A DNA stretch of 64,000 nucleotides from Candidatus Poribacteria bacterium. Its GTDB lineage: Bacteria > Poribacteria > WGA-4E > WGA-3G. The stretch covers positions 1,408,001 to 1,472,000 of the forward strand of contig CAXXUA010000005.1 in the NCBI GenBank assembly GCA_963663765.2, in the 5' to 3' direction. The notes beneath the pieces were generated by a model, which worked only from the letters and a program-made list of their open reading frames with translations, was not told where the DNA came from and ran no database searches. Below, in pieces: positions 10,784-21,369 of this stretch; position 1 is the stretch's first letter, and each line of letters opens with the position of its first letter. Made by a program: the position numbers and the translations under genes.

Positions 10784-11694
10784 CAAATGAAATTGCCAAT
10801 CCTGACGCAACATCACAATTGCCTGGACAATTTGACATTGTGACAAAGCATATTGTCCGCCAGAATCCTGATGAATGTATTAAATTTTGTCTTGGTACGC
10901 CAGATGCAGAAGCGATAGAAATACTTGAAACGGAGCAGCCGATTGTCAAATGGTTTCGAGCTGACAGTTTCATACACGCAAATGTTCACGGTGAAGAAGC
11001 CATTGTCCATCTGGAATTTCAGACACACGATAGCACAGAAATACCAATGCCGTATCGGATTGCAGGATATGCGGGGTTAGGGATACGGACGTATCAATTG
11101 CCAATATATTCACACGTAATTTATCTTCATCCTAATGCAGGACAGAACGATCCAGGAAAATACATCCAAGATTTATCAGGATATGAAGCCACAATCAAGT
11201 ATAAGGTCATCAGACTAAGTCAAATAGAAGGGCAAAACATTTTAGAAGCAAGACTGAAAGGACTCATTCCTTTCGCTCCATTGATGAAACCACCAGAGAA
11301 AATGGATTCCAAGACGTGGTTACGGCAATGTGTTGATGTCGCACAGACCATTCCAATGGACGAAGCGGACAAACCAGACTATCTTGCCTCTATGGCTATT
11401 TTGTCTGACATGATATTAAATTTTTTTGATATACGTAATATTTTTTCGGAGGAAACCATGCAAGAAACATCCTTTGCACAATATTTTACTGAAAAAGCCG
11501 AAAGAAAGGCTAACATTGAAAACATACTTAATGTGTTAGAATTTCGTTTTCAAACTGATGATGTGGAAACGTTGAAACCTATAATTGAAAACATTGAAGA
11601 ATTACAAAAGCTAAAGCAGTTGCATCAAGAGGCACTTCAAGTATCAAACCTTGATGGGTTCAAACGCATCTTAGCATCAAATGGAACTGGGTAA
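10780..11694 (+). CDS. Rpn/YhgA-like PD-(D/E)XK nuclease (recombination-promoting nuclease / putative transposase family)
   Basis: [34 protein letters not shown] motifs; internal GGAGG-ATG at 11448-11460. Confidence 0.85.
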   Translation: MTNEIANPDATSQLPGQFDIVTKHIVRQNPDECIKFCLGTPDAEAIEILETEQPIVKWFRADSFIHANVHGEEAIVHLEFQTHDSTEIPMPYRIAGYAGLGIRTYQLPIYSHVIYLHPNAGQNDPGKYIQDLSGYEATIKYKVIRLSQIEGQNILEARLKGLIPFAPLMKPPEKMDSKTWLRQCVDVAQTIPMDEADKPDYLASMAILSDMILNFFDIRNIFSEETMQETSFAQYFTEKAERKANIENILNVLEFRFQTDDVETLKPIIENIEELQKLKQLHQEALQVSNLDGFKRILASNGTG

Positions 11695-11697
11695 ACC

Positions 11698-11934
11698 ATG
11701 CAAGAAACATCTTTTGCGCAATATTTTACTGAGAAAGCTGAAAGAAAAAATAGCATTGAATTACTTCTTGATGTGTTAGAAGTGCGTTTTCAACACAGTG
11801 ATGTGCAATTATTGAAACCTACGCTTGAGAATATTGAAGAAAATCAACGTCTTAGAGAGTTGATGCGTCAGGCAGTTCAAGTGCCAAGTCTTAATGAGTT
11901 CAAACGCATCTTAGTATCAAATGGAACTGGGTAA
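11698..11934 (+). CDS. Stand-alone Rpn C-terminal module, copy 2
   Basis: Begins [17 protein letters not shown], identical to the Rpn internal-start segment; 78 aa. Confidence 0.75.
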   Translation: MQETSFAQYFTEKAERKNSIELLLDVLEVRFQHSDVQLLKPTLENIEENQRLRELMRQAVQVPSLNEFKRILVSNGTG

Positions 11935-11938
11935 AACC

Positions 11939-12175
11939 ATGCAAGAAACATCTTTTGCACAGTATTTTACTGAGAAAGCTGAAAGAAAAAATACCATTGA
12001 ATTACTTATTGATGTATTAGAATTTCGTTTTCAAACTGACGATGTGGAAACGTTGAAACCTATAATTGAAAACATTGAAGAATTACAAAAGCTAAAGCAG
12101 TTGCATCAAGAGGCACTTCAAGTATCAAACCTTGATGGGTTCAAACGCATCTTAGCATCAAATGGAACTGGGTAA
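11939..12175 (+). CDS. Stand-alone Rpn C-terminal module, copy 3 (chimeric)
   Basis: ATG at 11939; 5' part like copy 2, remainder identical to the Rpn C-terminus. Confidence 0.75.
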   Translation: MQETSFAQYFTEKAERKNTIELLIDVLEFRFQTDDVETLKPIIENIEELQKLKQLHQEALQVSNLDGFKRILASNGTG

Positions 12176-12178
12176 ACC

Positions 12179-12412
12179 ATGCAAGAAACATCTTTTGCGC
12201 AATATTTTACTGAGAAAGCTGAAAGAAAAAATAGCATTGAATTACTTCTTGATGTGTTAGAAGTGCGTTTTCAACACAGTGATGTGCAATTATTGAAACC
12301 TACGCTTGAGAATATTGAAGAAAATCAACGTCTTAGAGAGTTGATGCGTCAGGCAGTTCAAGTGCCAAGTCTTGATGAGTTCAAACGCATCTTAACATCA
12401 TATAGGAATTGA
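12179..12412 (+). CDS. Stand-alone Rpn C-terminal module, copy 4
   Basis: Nearly identical to copy 2 except the last residues. Confidence 0.75.
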   Translation: MQETSFAQYFTEKAERKNSIELLLDVLEVRFQHSDVQLLKPTLENIEENQRLRELMRQAVQVPSLDEFKRILTSYRN

Positions 12413-12517
12413 ACCTTACCAAGAAAGGTTTACTACAACAACTCACAATAACACTATGAAGACATTTTGCCGATGCTTCAATCGGTTTTGGTATAGATGG
12501 CATAAAAGGGAGAGGTA

Positions 12518-12673
12518 ATACCATTTTCATGTGATAATGTCTCATTATCAGCGGAAATCTGGTAGGAGCGGAAATCTGGTCGCGACCGTGAGGTCGCTCC
12601 TACCGAAGAGAGTAACCCCCTGCCAGTAAACAGTAGAATTCCTTAATGAGACAAGATTTATTTGAATTGGTAT
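12518..12673. mobile_element. TA-flanked MITE (IS630-like) with REP doublet
   Basis: ATACCATTTTCA...TGAATTGGTAT flanked by TA; paralog at 17149-17364. Confidence 0.75.
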
Positions 12674-13007
12674 TATTCATGTTGTAGGTCCGATTTGGCA
12701 AGGAGGGAATAGAAGTGAACCTGAATCGTTAGCCGACTGCTATAAGAATAGTCTACACCTTGCAGCAGAAAATGGAATAAGGTCTATCGCTTTTCCTGCA
12801 ATTAGTACTGGCAACTTTAGTTATCCTATTGAACAAGCAACGTCTATTGCCCTGAATACCGTGAAAGAGTTTGTTGAACAAGCACATCAGAAAAACAAAA
12901 TGGTCCCAGAACGTATTCAGTTTGTTCTGTTTGATGAAGAATCTTATAACTGCTATGTCAAAGAACTTTCAAAACTTGGAATTGGTTTATCCTGTCTGAT
13001 TGGATAA
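12672..13007 (+). pseudogene. 5'-truncated macrodomain (YmdB-like ADP-ribose-processing) gene
   Basis: Hand translation IIHVVGPIWQGG..LADCYKNSL..SIAFPAISTG.F.YP..IQFVLFD; N-terminal half missing at the MITE junction. Confidence 0.8.
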
Positions 13008-13068
13008 CCATCATTAGCAGAATCTTCTAAAACACCACCTTTTTTATACTTAAAGTTAAGGAGAATTA

Positions 13069-14256
13069 ATGATCTCACTATCACAACGAAGTCAAAATGT
13101 AACACCCTCATCAACCTTAGCCATCACAGCAAAAATCAACGCATTGATCGCTGATGGCGTAGATGTCGTCAAATTCGGAGCAGGCGAACCCGACTTTGAT
13201 ACACCCGACTATATCAAAGCCGCCGCTATTGAAGCACTTGATGCAGGTTTCACCAAATACACACCTGTCCCTGGTATCCCCGAACTTCGTGAAGCAATCG
13301 TGGACAAATTCCAGAATGACAACGGACTGAGTTATACAACCTCACAAGTCATCGTTTCCTGCGGAGCAAAACACACGCTTTACAACATCATGCAAGCGAT
13401 CTGCGATCCGGGAGACGAGGTCATCTTCGCCGCACCCTATTGGGTGAGTTATCCGCAGCAAGTCAAGTTAGCAGGAGCAGTGCCACGTGTGATTGATACC
13501 ACAGCAGAACAGAACTTCTGCATGCAACCCGATCAAGTTGAAGCAGCGATAACCCCAAAAACAAAAGCGATCCTCATCAACAGTCCGAGCAATCCGACAG
13601 GCACTACTTATGACGTGGAAACGCTCAAGCAGATAGCCGAACTCGCTGTCAAACATCAGGTCTATCTCATCTCCGATGAAATCTATGAAGCACTGCTCTA
13701 CGACGGTGCAACACATCAGAGTCCCGCATCATTCAACGAAGAGACGAAAGCGATTACCTTCGTTGTCAACGGTGTATCCAAAGCATATTCCATGACTGGT
13801 TGGCGTATCGGGTATACTGCAGGTCCCGAAGATGTCGTTTCAGCGATGTCCCGCATTCAATCACATAGCACTTCAAATCCGACCTCCATTGCGCAAAAAG
13901 CTGCTGTTGCCGCACTCAATGAACCGCAAGATGCTGTTGAAGAGATGCGGAAAGCATTTGAAGAACGCCGCAATGTGATATGCCAACGTTTTGACGATAT
14001 TGACGGTGTCAGTTATGTCAAACCTCAGGGAGCATTCTACATCTTTCCCGATTTTTCCGCACATTATGGCAGAACGCTTGACGGTAATAAAATTGAAGGA
14101 TCAATGGATATAACCGATTATCTACTCGGTTCAGCAGGTGTCGGCGTTGTACCGGGTGACGGGTTCGGTGCGGATAACAATTTGCGCCTCTCCTTCGCCA
14201 CCTCTTTGACAGAGATCAACCGCGGATTAGATCGTATCAAAAAGGCATTGGAATAA
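13069..14256 (+). CDS. aspC: PLP-dependent class I/II aminotransferase (aspartate aminotransferase-like)
   Basis: GAGEPDF, NSPSNPTG, SDEIY, SKAYSMTGWRIG. Confidence 0.9.
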   Translation: MISLSQRSQNVTPSSTLAITAKINALIADGVDVVKFGAGEPDFDTPDYIKAAAIEALDAGFTKYTPVPGIPELREAIVDKFQNDNGLSYTTSQVIVSCGAKHTLYNIMQAICDPGDEVIFAAPYWVSYPQQVKLAGAVPRVIDTTAEQNFCMQPDQVEAAITPKTKAILINSPSNPTGTTYDVETLKQIAELAVKHQVYLISDEIYEALLYDGATHQSPASFNEETKAITFVVNGVSKAYSMTGWRIGYTAGPEDVVSAMSRIQSHSTSNPTSIAQKAAVAALNEPQDAVEEMRKAFEERRNVICQRFDDIDGVSYVKPQGAFYIFPDFSAHYGRTLDGNKIEGSMDITDYLLGSAGVGVVPGDGFGADNNLRLSFATSLTEINRGLDRIKKALE

Positions 14257-14502
14257 GTTCATGCTATCTTGGTGGAGGCTTTTGTAAACCCGATATGCAA
14301 TACCTCTTTTTAGTCAAGCAATCAATCATGTCTTGTATATTTATATAATGAAGATTAAGAATTAATTCCAGTAATTTGACATTGTTGTCCAGATCGCTTA
14401 CATGAGGATAAATAATTAATTTGGTAATCAAATACTCCTCTTATATGCTAATTTATAAGGAATAGAACCTATTATGGATTGTTACGACCTCTGTTGCCTG
14501 AA

Positions 14503-14646
14503 CTAGTGCTTAGTCAACATACTATTGTCGGTCTCGATTCGGAGATCGCTCCTACAGAAGTCTTGTGTATTGTGTGTATTGTAGGAGGGAACTCCGATTC
14601 CCGACTACTTTTTAGACCTATCAATAAACACTTGACTAAGCACTAG
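14503..14646. mobile_element. MITE (CTAGTGCTTAGTCAA termini) containing divergent GTAG hairpins
   Basis: 15-bp inverted ends including CTAG; internal GTAGGAGGGAACTCCGATTCCCGA. Confidence 0.7.
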
Positions 14647-15041
14647 GATTTACAGGAGTTATCTCATCCAATCCTATTCCAAAAGAGAGTATAAACGCAT
14701 ATCAAAAACCCTTGATGAGGTAAATCCTGAAAATCTGTAAATCCTGAAAATCCTGGTTCAGACAAAGAAAAGGTATGAATGCCATTAAGGCATTCCCCGG
14801 GGCGTTCCTACCTGTGCAAGTGTGTTATTAATTCCATAATTTACCATAATCTAATACATTATACGAACAAGATATTACCGAATTAATAAATTAATCTTCA
14901 TCAAATAAACGTAACAACGATTGAATTACCTCACTAACTAAAAGGAAACATTTTATTTTGTCTAACCTATCCAAAGACCAAAGAAGAAATCACAACTCTT
15001 ATTGATATAACCAATAAAAAATAAAAAAAGGAGACCCTATC

Positions 15042-16751
15042 GTGACACAACCTAATCTTGTTTTCGTTATAACAGACGACCAAGGCTACGGTGATTTAGG
15101 ATGCACCGGAAACCCAGTCATAAACACCCCAAACCTGGACGCACTGGCAGGAGAGAGCGTCCAACTCCGAAACTTGCATGTCGGACCAACCTGTTCACCG
15201 ACACGCGCAGGCATCATGACAGGCAGATACTGCAACTCAACAGGGGTGTGGCATACCATCGGCGGCAGATCGCTGCTCCGTAGTGATGAGGTCACGATAG
15301 CGGATATCTTCAGACGCAACGGATACAAAACCGGCATGTTCGGTAAATGGCATCTCGGTGACAACTACCCGTTCCGTCCACATGATCGCGGTTTTGAAGA
15401 AGCACTCTATCACGGCGGCGGCGGAATCAGTCAAACACCCGATTACTGGGGTAACGACTATTTTGACGACACCTATTTTGACAACGGTTCTGAACAACCT
15501 TTTGAAGGGTATTGCACTGATGTTTGGTTTCAACAAGGTATGAAGTTTATTGAGAGGAACAAAGAACGACCGTTCTTCTGCTACATACCTACAAACGCAC
15601 CTCACGGTCCCTTCCGTGTCCCCGATGCTTATAGTGAAGTATACCGAAGGAAAGGGGAACCTGAATCGCGTGCATGTTTCTACGGCATGATCACCAACAT
15701 TGACGACAACATGGCACGTCTCCGACATCACCTAAAAGTACTCGGACTTGAAGAAAACACTATCGTAATCTTCATGACAGATAACGGCACTGCCAATGGC
15801 TGCGACTTAGATCAACAAGGGCACGTCAAGGCAGGATACAACGCTGGTATGCGTGGTAAGAAAGGGTCTCCTTATGAAGGCGGACACCGTGTACCGCTCT
15901 TTATGCATTGGCCCGGTGGCGGTTTCTCAGAAAAGAAAGAGGTAGACGAACTCACAGCAAATATAGACCTACTCCCAACATTAATTGACCTTTGCGATTT
16001 AGAAGTGTCCGATAACTCCCGCTTCCACGGCAAAAGTATCGCACCACTGCTTGAAGATAAATTAGTAGAATGGGAAGACCGTGTAGTTGTGACTGACTCC
16101 CAACGCGTCGAAAATCCTGTTAAGTGGAGACAAAGTGCAACGATGACGAAAAAATGGAGACTTATCAACGGCACAGAACTCTACGACATACAAGCAGATC
16201 CCGAACAACGGGAAGACATCGCTGATGCACATCCCGCTGTAGTCGCAGAACTACGCGATCATTATGAGGTATGGTGGGAACTCGTTTCTGAACGGTTTGA
16301 TGAAGATTGTCCAATTGTCATCGGCACACAGAACGAACAACTTGCATGTATCACCACACACGATTGGCACGGCAGCGGAAACGCATGGAATCAAGGGTCT
16401 GTACGTAATGGGATGCAATGCAACGGGTATTGGGCAATTGAAGTTCCCGAAGATGGTGAGTACAGTTTTGAACTGCGCCGTTGGCCCCGTGAAGAAAACA
16501 GAGCCATCACGGAAGGCATACCCGGAGAAAAGATTGACCTATATAACGGTGGACGCGCATTAGCTTTGAAAACCGCACAAATACAAGTCGCCGACCAGAC
16601 TGCATCACAAGATATAGAACCTGACGCTGTCGGTGTAACCTTTACATTCAACCTCCAGGCAGGACAGACAAGACTCGAAACTCAGTTCTCTGATGAATCT
16701 GGCGACTTATCACTCGGTGCATATTATGTCTATGTGAAACGTGTGATTTAA
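15042..16751 (+). CDS. Arylsulfatase (Cys-type, formylglycine-dependent)
   Basis: TDDQGYGD, CSPTRA, GKWHLG, NAPHGP. Confidence 0.95.
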   Translation: MTQPNLVFVITDDQGYGDLGCTGNPVINTPNLDALAGESVQLRNLHVGPTCSPTRAGIMTGRYCNSTGVWHTIGGRSLLRSDEVTIADIFRRNGYKTGMFGKWHLGDNYPFRPHDRGFEEALYHGGGGISQTPDYWGNDYFDDTYFDNGSEQPFEGYCTDVWFQQGMKFIERNKERPFFCYIPTNAPHGPFRVPDAYSEVYRRKGEPESRACFYGMITNIDDNMARLRHHLKVLGLEENTIVIFMTDNGTANGCDLDQQGHVKAGYNAGMRGKKGSPYEGGHRVPLFMHWPGGGFSEKKEVDELTANIDLLPTLIDLCDLEVSDNSRFHGKSIAPLLEDKLVEWEDRVVVTDSQRVENPVKWRQSATMTKKWRLINGTELYDIQADPEQREDIADAHPAVVAELRDHYEVWWELVSERFDEDCPIVIGTQNEQLACITTHDWHGSGNAWNQGSVRNGMQCNGYWAIEVPEDGEYSFELRRWPREENRAITEGIPGEKIDLYNGGRALALKTAQIQVADQTASQDIEPDAVGVTFTFNLQAGQTRLETQFSDESGDLSLGAYYVYVKRVI

Positions 16752-16761
16752 ACATTGCACC

Positions 16762-16904
16762 CATAGGTGTCAACTTAAGGAATTTTACCTCTTGTGGGAG
16801 GGGTTTTCAACCCCGATTTTATGTTCATTTCCACTCAAATCGGGGTTAAAAACCCCTCCCACAAGAGAATATGCCAACACTTTTTTCTTAAGTTGACACC
16901 TATG
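16762..16904. mobile_element. IS231-like MITE
   Basis: CATAGGTGTCAACTTAAG...CTTAAGTTGACACCTATG; 20-bp duplication TGTGATTTAAACAT(TG/CA)CACC. Confidence 0.85.
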
Positions 16905-17148
16905 TGTGATTTAAACATCACACCCGATTACCTTCTGGGACAGCAGCCATGTTGTCCCAGAATAACCCAGCCTACATGCACAAAATCGTGCAGACATTCC
17001 CTTTTTCATTGTTCAGTTTAGTGCAATTCAACCCTTAAAACTATAGATTTATTGGTATATATCCCCATTCATGACTGGCACAGAAATTGCTCAAACTATA
17101 GTAACGTGAGTTCGGAAATAAAGACACGTGAACTGGATGTCCAAACTA

Positions 17149-17364
17149 ATACCATTTTCATGTGATAATGTCTCATTATCACATGAAATCTGGTAGGAGC
17201 GACCTCCCGGTCGCGACCGTGAAGTCGCTCGTACCGAAGCAGCGGAAATCTGGTAGGAGCGACCTCCCGGTCGTGACCGTGAGGTCGCTCCTACCGAAGA
17301 GAGTAACCCCCTGCCAGTAAACATTAGCATTCCTTTATGAGACAAGATTTATTTGAATTGGTAT
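17149..17364. mobile_element. TA-type MITE with two REP doublets
   Basis: Same ends as 12518-12673; internal GTAGGAGCGACCTCCCGGTCGCGA doublet duplicated. Confidence 0.75.
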
Positions 17365-17437
17365 AACAGTTTGAACTACAAAGACTTTTACCGAGCTCAC
17401 GTTATAGTAGATAACCAATCCAAAGGAGTATATACCA

Positions 17438-17809
17438 ATGAAGACATTACAGCTGATCGCAATAATAGTGTTGTGCTTGCTGATAGGATGTGCCACACAA
17501 GTGACAACAGAAGAACAGTTGTCACATACAGATGAACCATCAACACAGCGTGGTATGCATACGTGGAAAGGACAACACATCTCAAAAGTTATCAAAAAAT
17601 GGGGACAACCGCAAAAGGTGGTTGAACAAAAAACTGGTGGTCAGATATATACTTGGAAATTTAACGTGCCGATAGCAGCCTACCCCGATGCACGTTTTCG
17701 ACGGAAAAAAGACACAATAATACCAACCATCCACCTTTATACGCGTGCAGATGGGATCGTTTATCATTGGATATCTGATGCAGGTTCACGAGCAGTGCGA
17801 CCTCGGTAA
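17438..17809 (+). CDS. Small lipoprotein
   Basis: AGGAG RBS; LLIG-C lipobox; W-x-G..WG-x-P motif. Confidence 0.75.
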   Translation: MKTLQLIAIIVLCLLIGCATQVTTEEQLSHTDEPSTQRGMHTWKGQHISKVIKKWGQPQKVVEQKTGGQIYTWKFNVPIAAYPDARFRRKKDTIIPTIHLYTRADGIVYHWISDAGSRAVRPR

Positions 17810-17813
17810 TAAT

Positions 17814-17966
17814 CAGGACTTATGCATTCCCCTTAATAAGGGGAGCAGGGATCCCATAGCGATAGCGTATGGGAGGGTGGGGGTTAAATAGTGCAATATT
17901 TCAGTGTTTTTTAGCCTTTTTAACCCCCTTATCATGGGGACTTTAAGAGAAAATGCGTAAGTCCTG
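17814..17966. mobile_element. MITE, CAGGACTTACGCA family
   Basis: CAGGACTTATGCA...TGCGTAAGTCCTG. Confidence 0.7.
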
Positions 17967-18036
17967 ATTATAAATGTCACAACATCTGCAACTGTTTGCA
18001 AAACGCTTGGTTGCGAATCATTCCCAAAGTCAAACG

Positions 18037-18789
18037 CTACTGCTGCTTCAACTTCCCCCAAACCAGAGGAAGTTTATCTACAGCTTCCACAGCAAATACT
18101 GTCTGATAGATCCCGTTATTCATGATACTCTTGATCTCATCTTTAGATAGAGCAGCGTTGAAGAGACCTACCTCATCCATAATACAAGCAGACTGGAAAC
18201 TGGCACCTTTGTCAGTAGCAAGCCATGCAGTCTGATTCTCATCTACAAGTTGGAACTTCGACACCGCTTCCGAGACCTTTTCTTCACCATTGACATATAT
18301 CTTTGCCGTTGTTCCATCGTAAGTGTTCGCAACATGATACCACGTCCCTGCTTTTACAACGACACCACTGCTAACATTCCAGACATTGCTCCAACTACGC
18401 AGCGTGTTTGATCCCTCTTTATAGGGAACATAACGGTTATTACTCTGATCGTGTATAGAGAAATAGTTTTGCTGTCCTGATAAATCGGTGAACTGAAGCC
18501 ACAAGATGAAACTCATCTTATCCGTCACGACCCCTTTACCGAACGGAATAGTGACAGTACCACCCTTCTTAATGTCAAGAGCACCATCAACTTCACCATC
18601 AACCCAGTCTGATTGTGTGATTGTTCCATCATATCCGTTCCCCGATGCATCTTCTGCAACATCATCCTTGCCGTCGTCAAGTAGCCAAATGCCCACAATC
18701 TTCTCAGGATCAATCTGTGAATGACTAAAACTGACAAATATTCCTATTGTCATTATTGTGAAAAGAAGTGAAAAAACCTTTATATACAT
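18037..18789 (-). CDS. Secreted LamG/concanavalin-like domain protein
   Basis: Signal peptide; WYHVANTYDG..IYVNG, MDEVGLFN; tail AVEAVDKLPLVWGKLK. Confidence 0.88.
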   Translation of the reverse strand: MYIKVFSLLFTIMTIGIFVSFSHSQIDPEKIVGIWLLDDGKDDVAEDASGNGYDGTITQSDWVDGEVDGALDIKKGGTVTIPFGKGVVTDKMSFILWLQFTDLSGQQNYFSIHDQSNNRYVPYKEGSNTLRSWSNVWNVSSGVVVKAGTWYHVANTYDGTTAKIYVNGEEKVSEAVSKFQLVDENQTAWLATDKGASFQSACIMDEVGLFNAALSKDEIKSIMNNGIYQTVFAVEAVDKLPLVWGKLKQQ

Positions 18790-18961
18790 ATGTTGCTCCT
18801 TGTGTATAATACCATTTCTAATTTTCCCAAACCCTGTAGGCGCGTTTTGTAAACGCGCCGGACTTCACTGCCAAATTACCGAAATATTTTCTTAATCTTC
18901 ATCCAGTTTGTGTACTAAGATGCACAATCCAACAAATTATGCTACTATGTGACAACTTAGG

Positions 18962-20380
18962 TCAATTTAGTGTTGCTGTCCTTAGAATAATCCGATCCTC
19001 TGTCCAGTTGTCCCGATACCACGTGCATGCTTCAAAGGTGTCATTGACTGCATCCATGCGTTGCTTCAACATCTCACGAAAATCGTCTCGTAACCCTGCG
19101 GATGCAGCATCATCTGCTAAATTACGAGTTTGGAACGGATCCGCCAGATTATCAAAGAGTTTCTCACAGCCATCAGGACGGTGAACAGCATAAGTATACT
19201 GTTTTGTTCGGAGGGAACGCCATTCATAACCATCTTCCCATTTGGCAGTACACCCCATCCCTTGCATAAATGCAGCAACCGGTTCATCAAACGACTGGCT
19301 AAACGCTGCACGACTCATATCTGTCCCCTCAACATCTGTAGGAATCGGTAAATCCATCATTGACAGCAATGTCGGCATAATGTCCGGCGTATTTAAACAC
19401 GCGTCAGCAACATGCCCACTTGGAATTTGGTTATCCCATCTAACAAGAAAAGGAACACGAACCGCTTCCTCATAAAAAATGTTTTTCGCCCTACGTCCCT
19501 GTGCCCCGAACATCTCTCCATGATCAGAGGTAAACACAAAAATTGTATTCTCGCGCAATCCAAGTTCTTCAATGGCAGTCAGCAACCTACCGATATTCCA
19601 ATCAAGGTTTGTCGTCATAGCATAATAGACGCGCATCCATGCAGGCAGATTCGCACGGTGTTGTGTGTTCATCATCGCCCACCCATCACCATAAGGGTCG
19701 TTTTCTTCACGGTAATTCAGCGGATATGGAAAGTCAACATCACGGAACATTTCATAATATTCACTCGGAACGTTATTCTCTGTCCACGGATCGTGCGGTG
19801 TGCCAATTGAAAGGAAAAGCGAAAACGGATCGTCTTCCTTTGATGCACGTTGAAGATATTCTATTGCTAAATCTGTCTGCCCATCAGGTTCATAACCAGG
19901 TATCGTAATTCTCTCTGGACTGTCTTTATGATAATATGTGTCATAATAGGTGTGATGGAAATTGTACGCTGACCATTCACCATCAAAACCCAGGCGATGC
20001 GGTCCTGGTGGAATATACGAATTCACAGGATCGTGATGTTTACCTAACTGATTTGCCCACAAGTGCCACTTCCCGATATAACTTGTCTGATAACCTTTGC
20101 GATGCAATACGTGTCCGAAACAGTCATGGTTCGGGTTCATGCGGAGTTCATTGATCGCCATGCCAGTACTACTTGCATATTTGCCAGTGAAAAGCGATGC
20201 ACGATACGGCGCACACATCGGACTCCCTGAAACTGCATTACAGAAATTAGCACCCTCTGTAGCCAGTCTATCTATATTCGGGGTCCGCGCACGAGAATCA
20301 CCCGCATAACCGCACGACTGATAACGAAGTTGATCTGCAAAAACATAAACCAGATTCGGATGTTTTTTTGTTACCGCCAT
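18962..20380 (-). CDS. Sulfatase
   Basis: ADQLR, CAPYRA, GKWHL, SDHGE. Confidence 0.93.
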   Translation of the reverse strand: MAVTKKHPNLVYVFADQLRYQSCGYAGDSRARTPNIDRLATEGANFCNAVSGSPMCAPYRASLFTGKYASSTGMAINELRMNPNHDCFGHVLHRKGYQTSYIGKWHLWANQLGKHHDPVNSYIPPGPHRLGFDGEWSAYNFHHTYYDTYYHKDSPERITIPGYEPDGQTDLAIEYLQRASKEDDPFSLFLSIGTPHDPWTENNVPSEYYEMFRDVDFPYPLNYREENDPYGDGWAMMNTQHRANLPAWMRVYYAMTTNLDWNIGRLLTAIEELGLRENTIFVFTSDHGEMFGAQGRRAKNIFYEEAVRVPFLVRWDNQIPSGHVADACLNTPDIMPTLLSMMDLPIPTDVEGTDMSRAAFSQSFDEPVAAFMQGMGCTAKWEDGYEWRSLRTKQYTYAVHRPDGCEKLFDNLADPFQTRNLADDAASAGLRDDFREMLKQRMDAVNDTFEACTWYRDNWTEDRIILRTATLN

Positions 20381-20622
20381 GTAAACTTCCTATTGTTAGA
20401 ATTGACTTTTGATAAGAATACATCATCTACCCTTGTTTGTCAATAACAAATTAACCAGAAGACAGGACTACTTGGTCTTCCTAATTTTGATTTCTATAAA
20501 CAGTCTCCTTATGGTAGGAGCGACCTCCTGGTCGCGATTTTCTCAGAAAAACAGGTTAAATTAGATCTTTTTAATCCAATTACACAGTAATGTTATTGGA
20601 AATCCCAATAATCAAACATTAA

Positions 20623-20787
20623 CAGGACTAACGCACCCAACGGTAGGCGCGCTTTGTAGGCGGGGAATGCCAAAAGGCATTCATACCGTTGATTTCTTGA
20701 TTTGGCGCTGGAAACCGAAAAAATGCTGAAAATTACACCATTTTCGTCATAATTCTTCATCAAATCATGAAAACTGCGAAAGTCCTG
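20623..20787. mobile_element. MITE, CAGGACTTACGCA family
   Basis: TIRs plus 5-bp TSD ATTAA. Confidence 0.75.
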
Positions 20788-21369
20788 ATTAAATACAAAA
20801 CATACCAAACACCCATATAATGTATAATACAACTATGAAAATCCATGATTCAACATCACTACTCAAAAAGGACTTTATAACAAGATTTATATGTCAGAGA
20901 GAAATACCATTTCAGAATACCGTAGACACAAAAAACACCGAAAAAAACCGTACCAAAAAACGAAAAATAAATCGAAAATAACTACAACAATATCTCCGTT
21001 TAACCTATACAAATACTGGACGTATAACCAATTAACAAAACCGTACCACAAACCGAAAAAGCCGTACCAATTGGTACGGCTTTTCTGAAGTAGAATATTC
21101 TTATGAATTCTCAAGAAAATCGCAAACAATTTACATGCATTCTTCACAAAAAAAGACCAACAACAAAATGCAAAGATGCCAGATAAAACAGATATACAAA
21201 AAACTTAGAATTAATATTTTTGTTTTCGAAAAATATCCCTTTCAGACCTTACTACGACTGGGATTAAAGCCAATGTACTAACAAAATATTGGTTGGATAT
21301 TTCTATTTTCGCAACGAAATAAAAATATGTCCTTTACACAACTTTTCACAACCATCAATCTGATTCTTA

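Noticed and set aside
11921-11938. Longer start (MELGKT) for cassette 3
   Set aside because: It comes from the extra A at the junction; the homologous start is at 11939.
11458-12412. DGR or shufflon explanation for the Rpn cassettes
   Set aside because: Differences do not appear adenine-restricted, all units are in direct orientation, and no RT or invertase is nearby.
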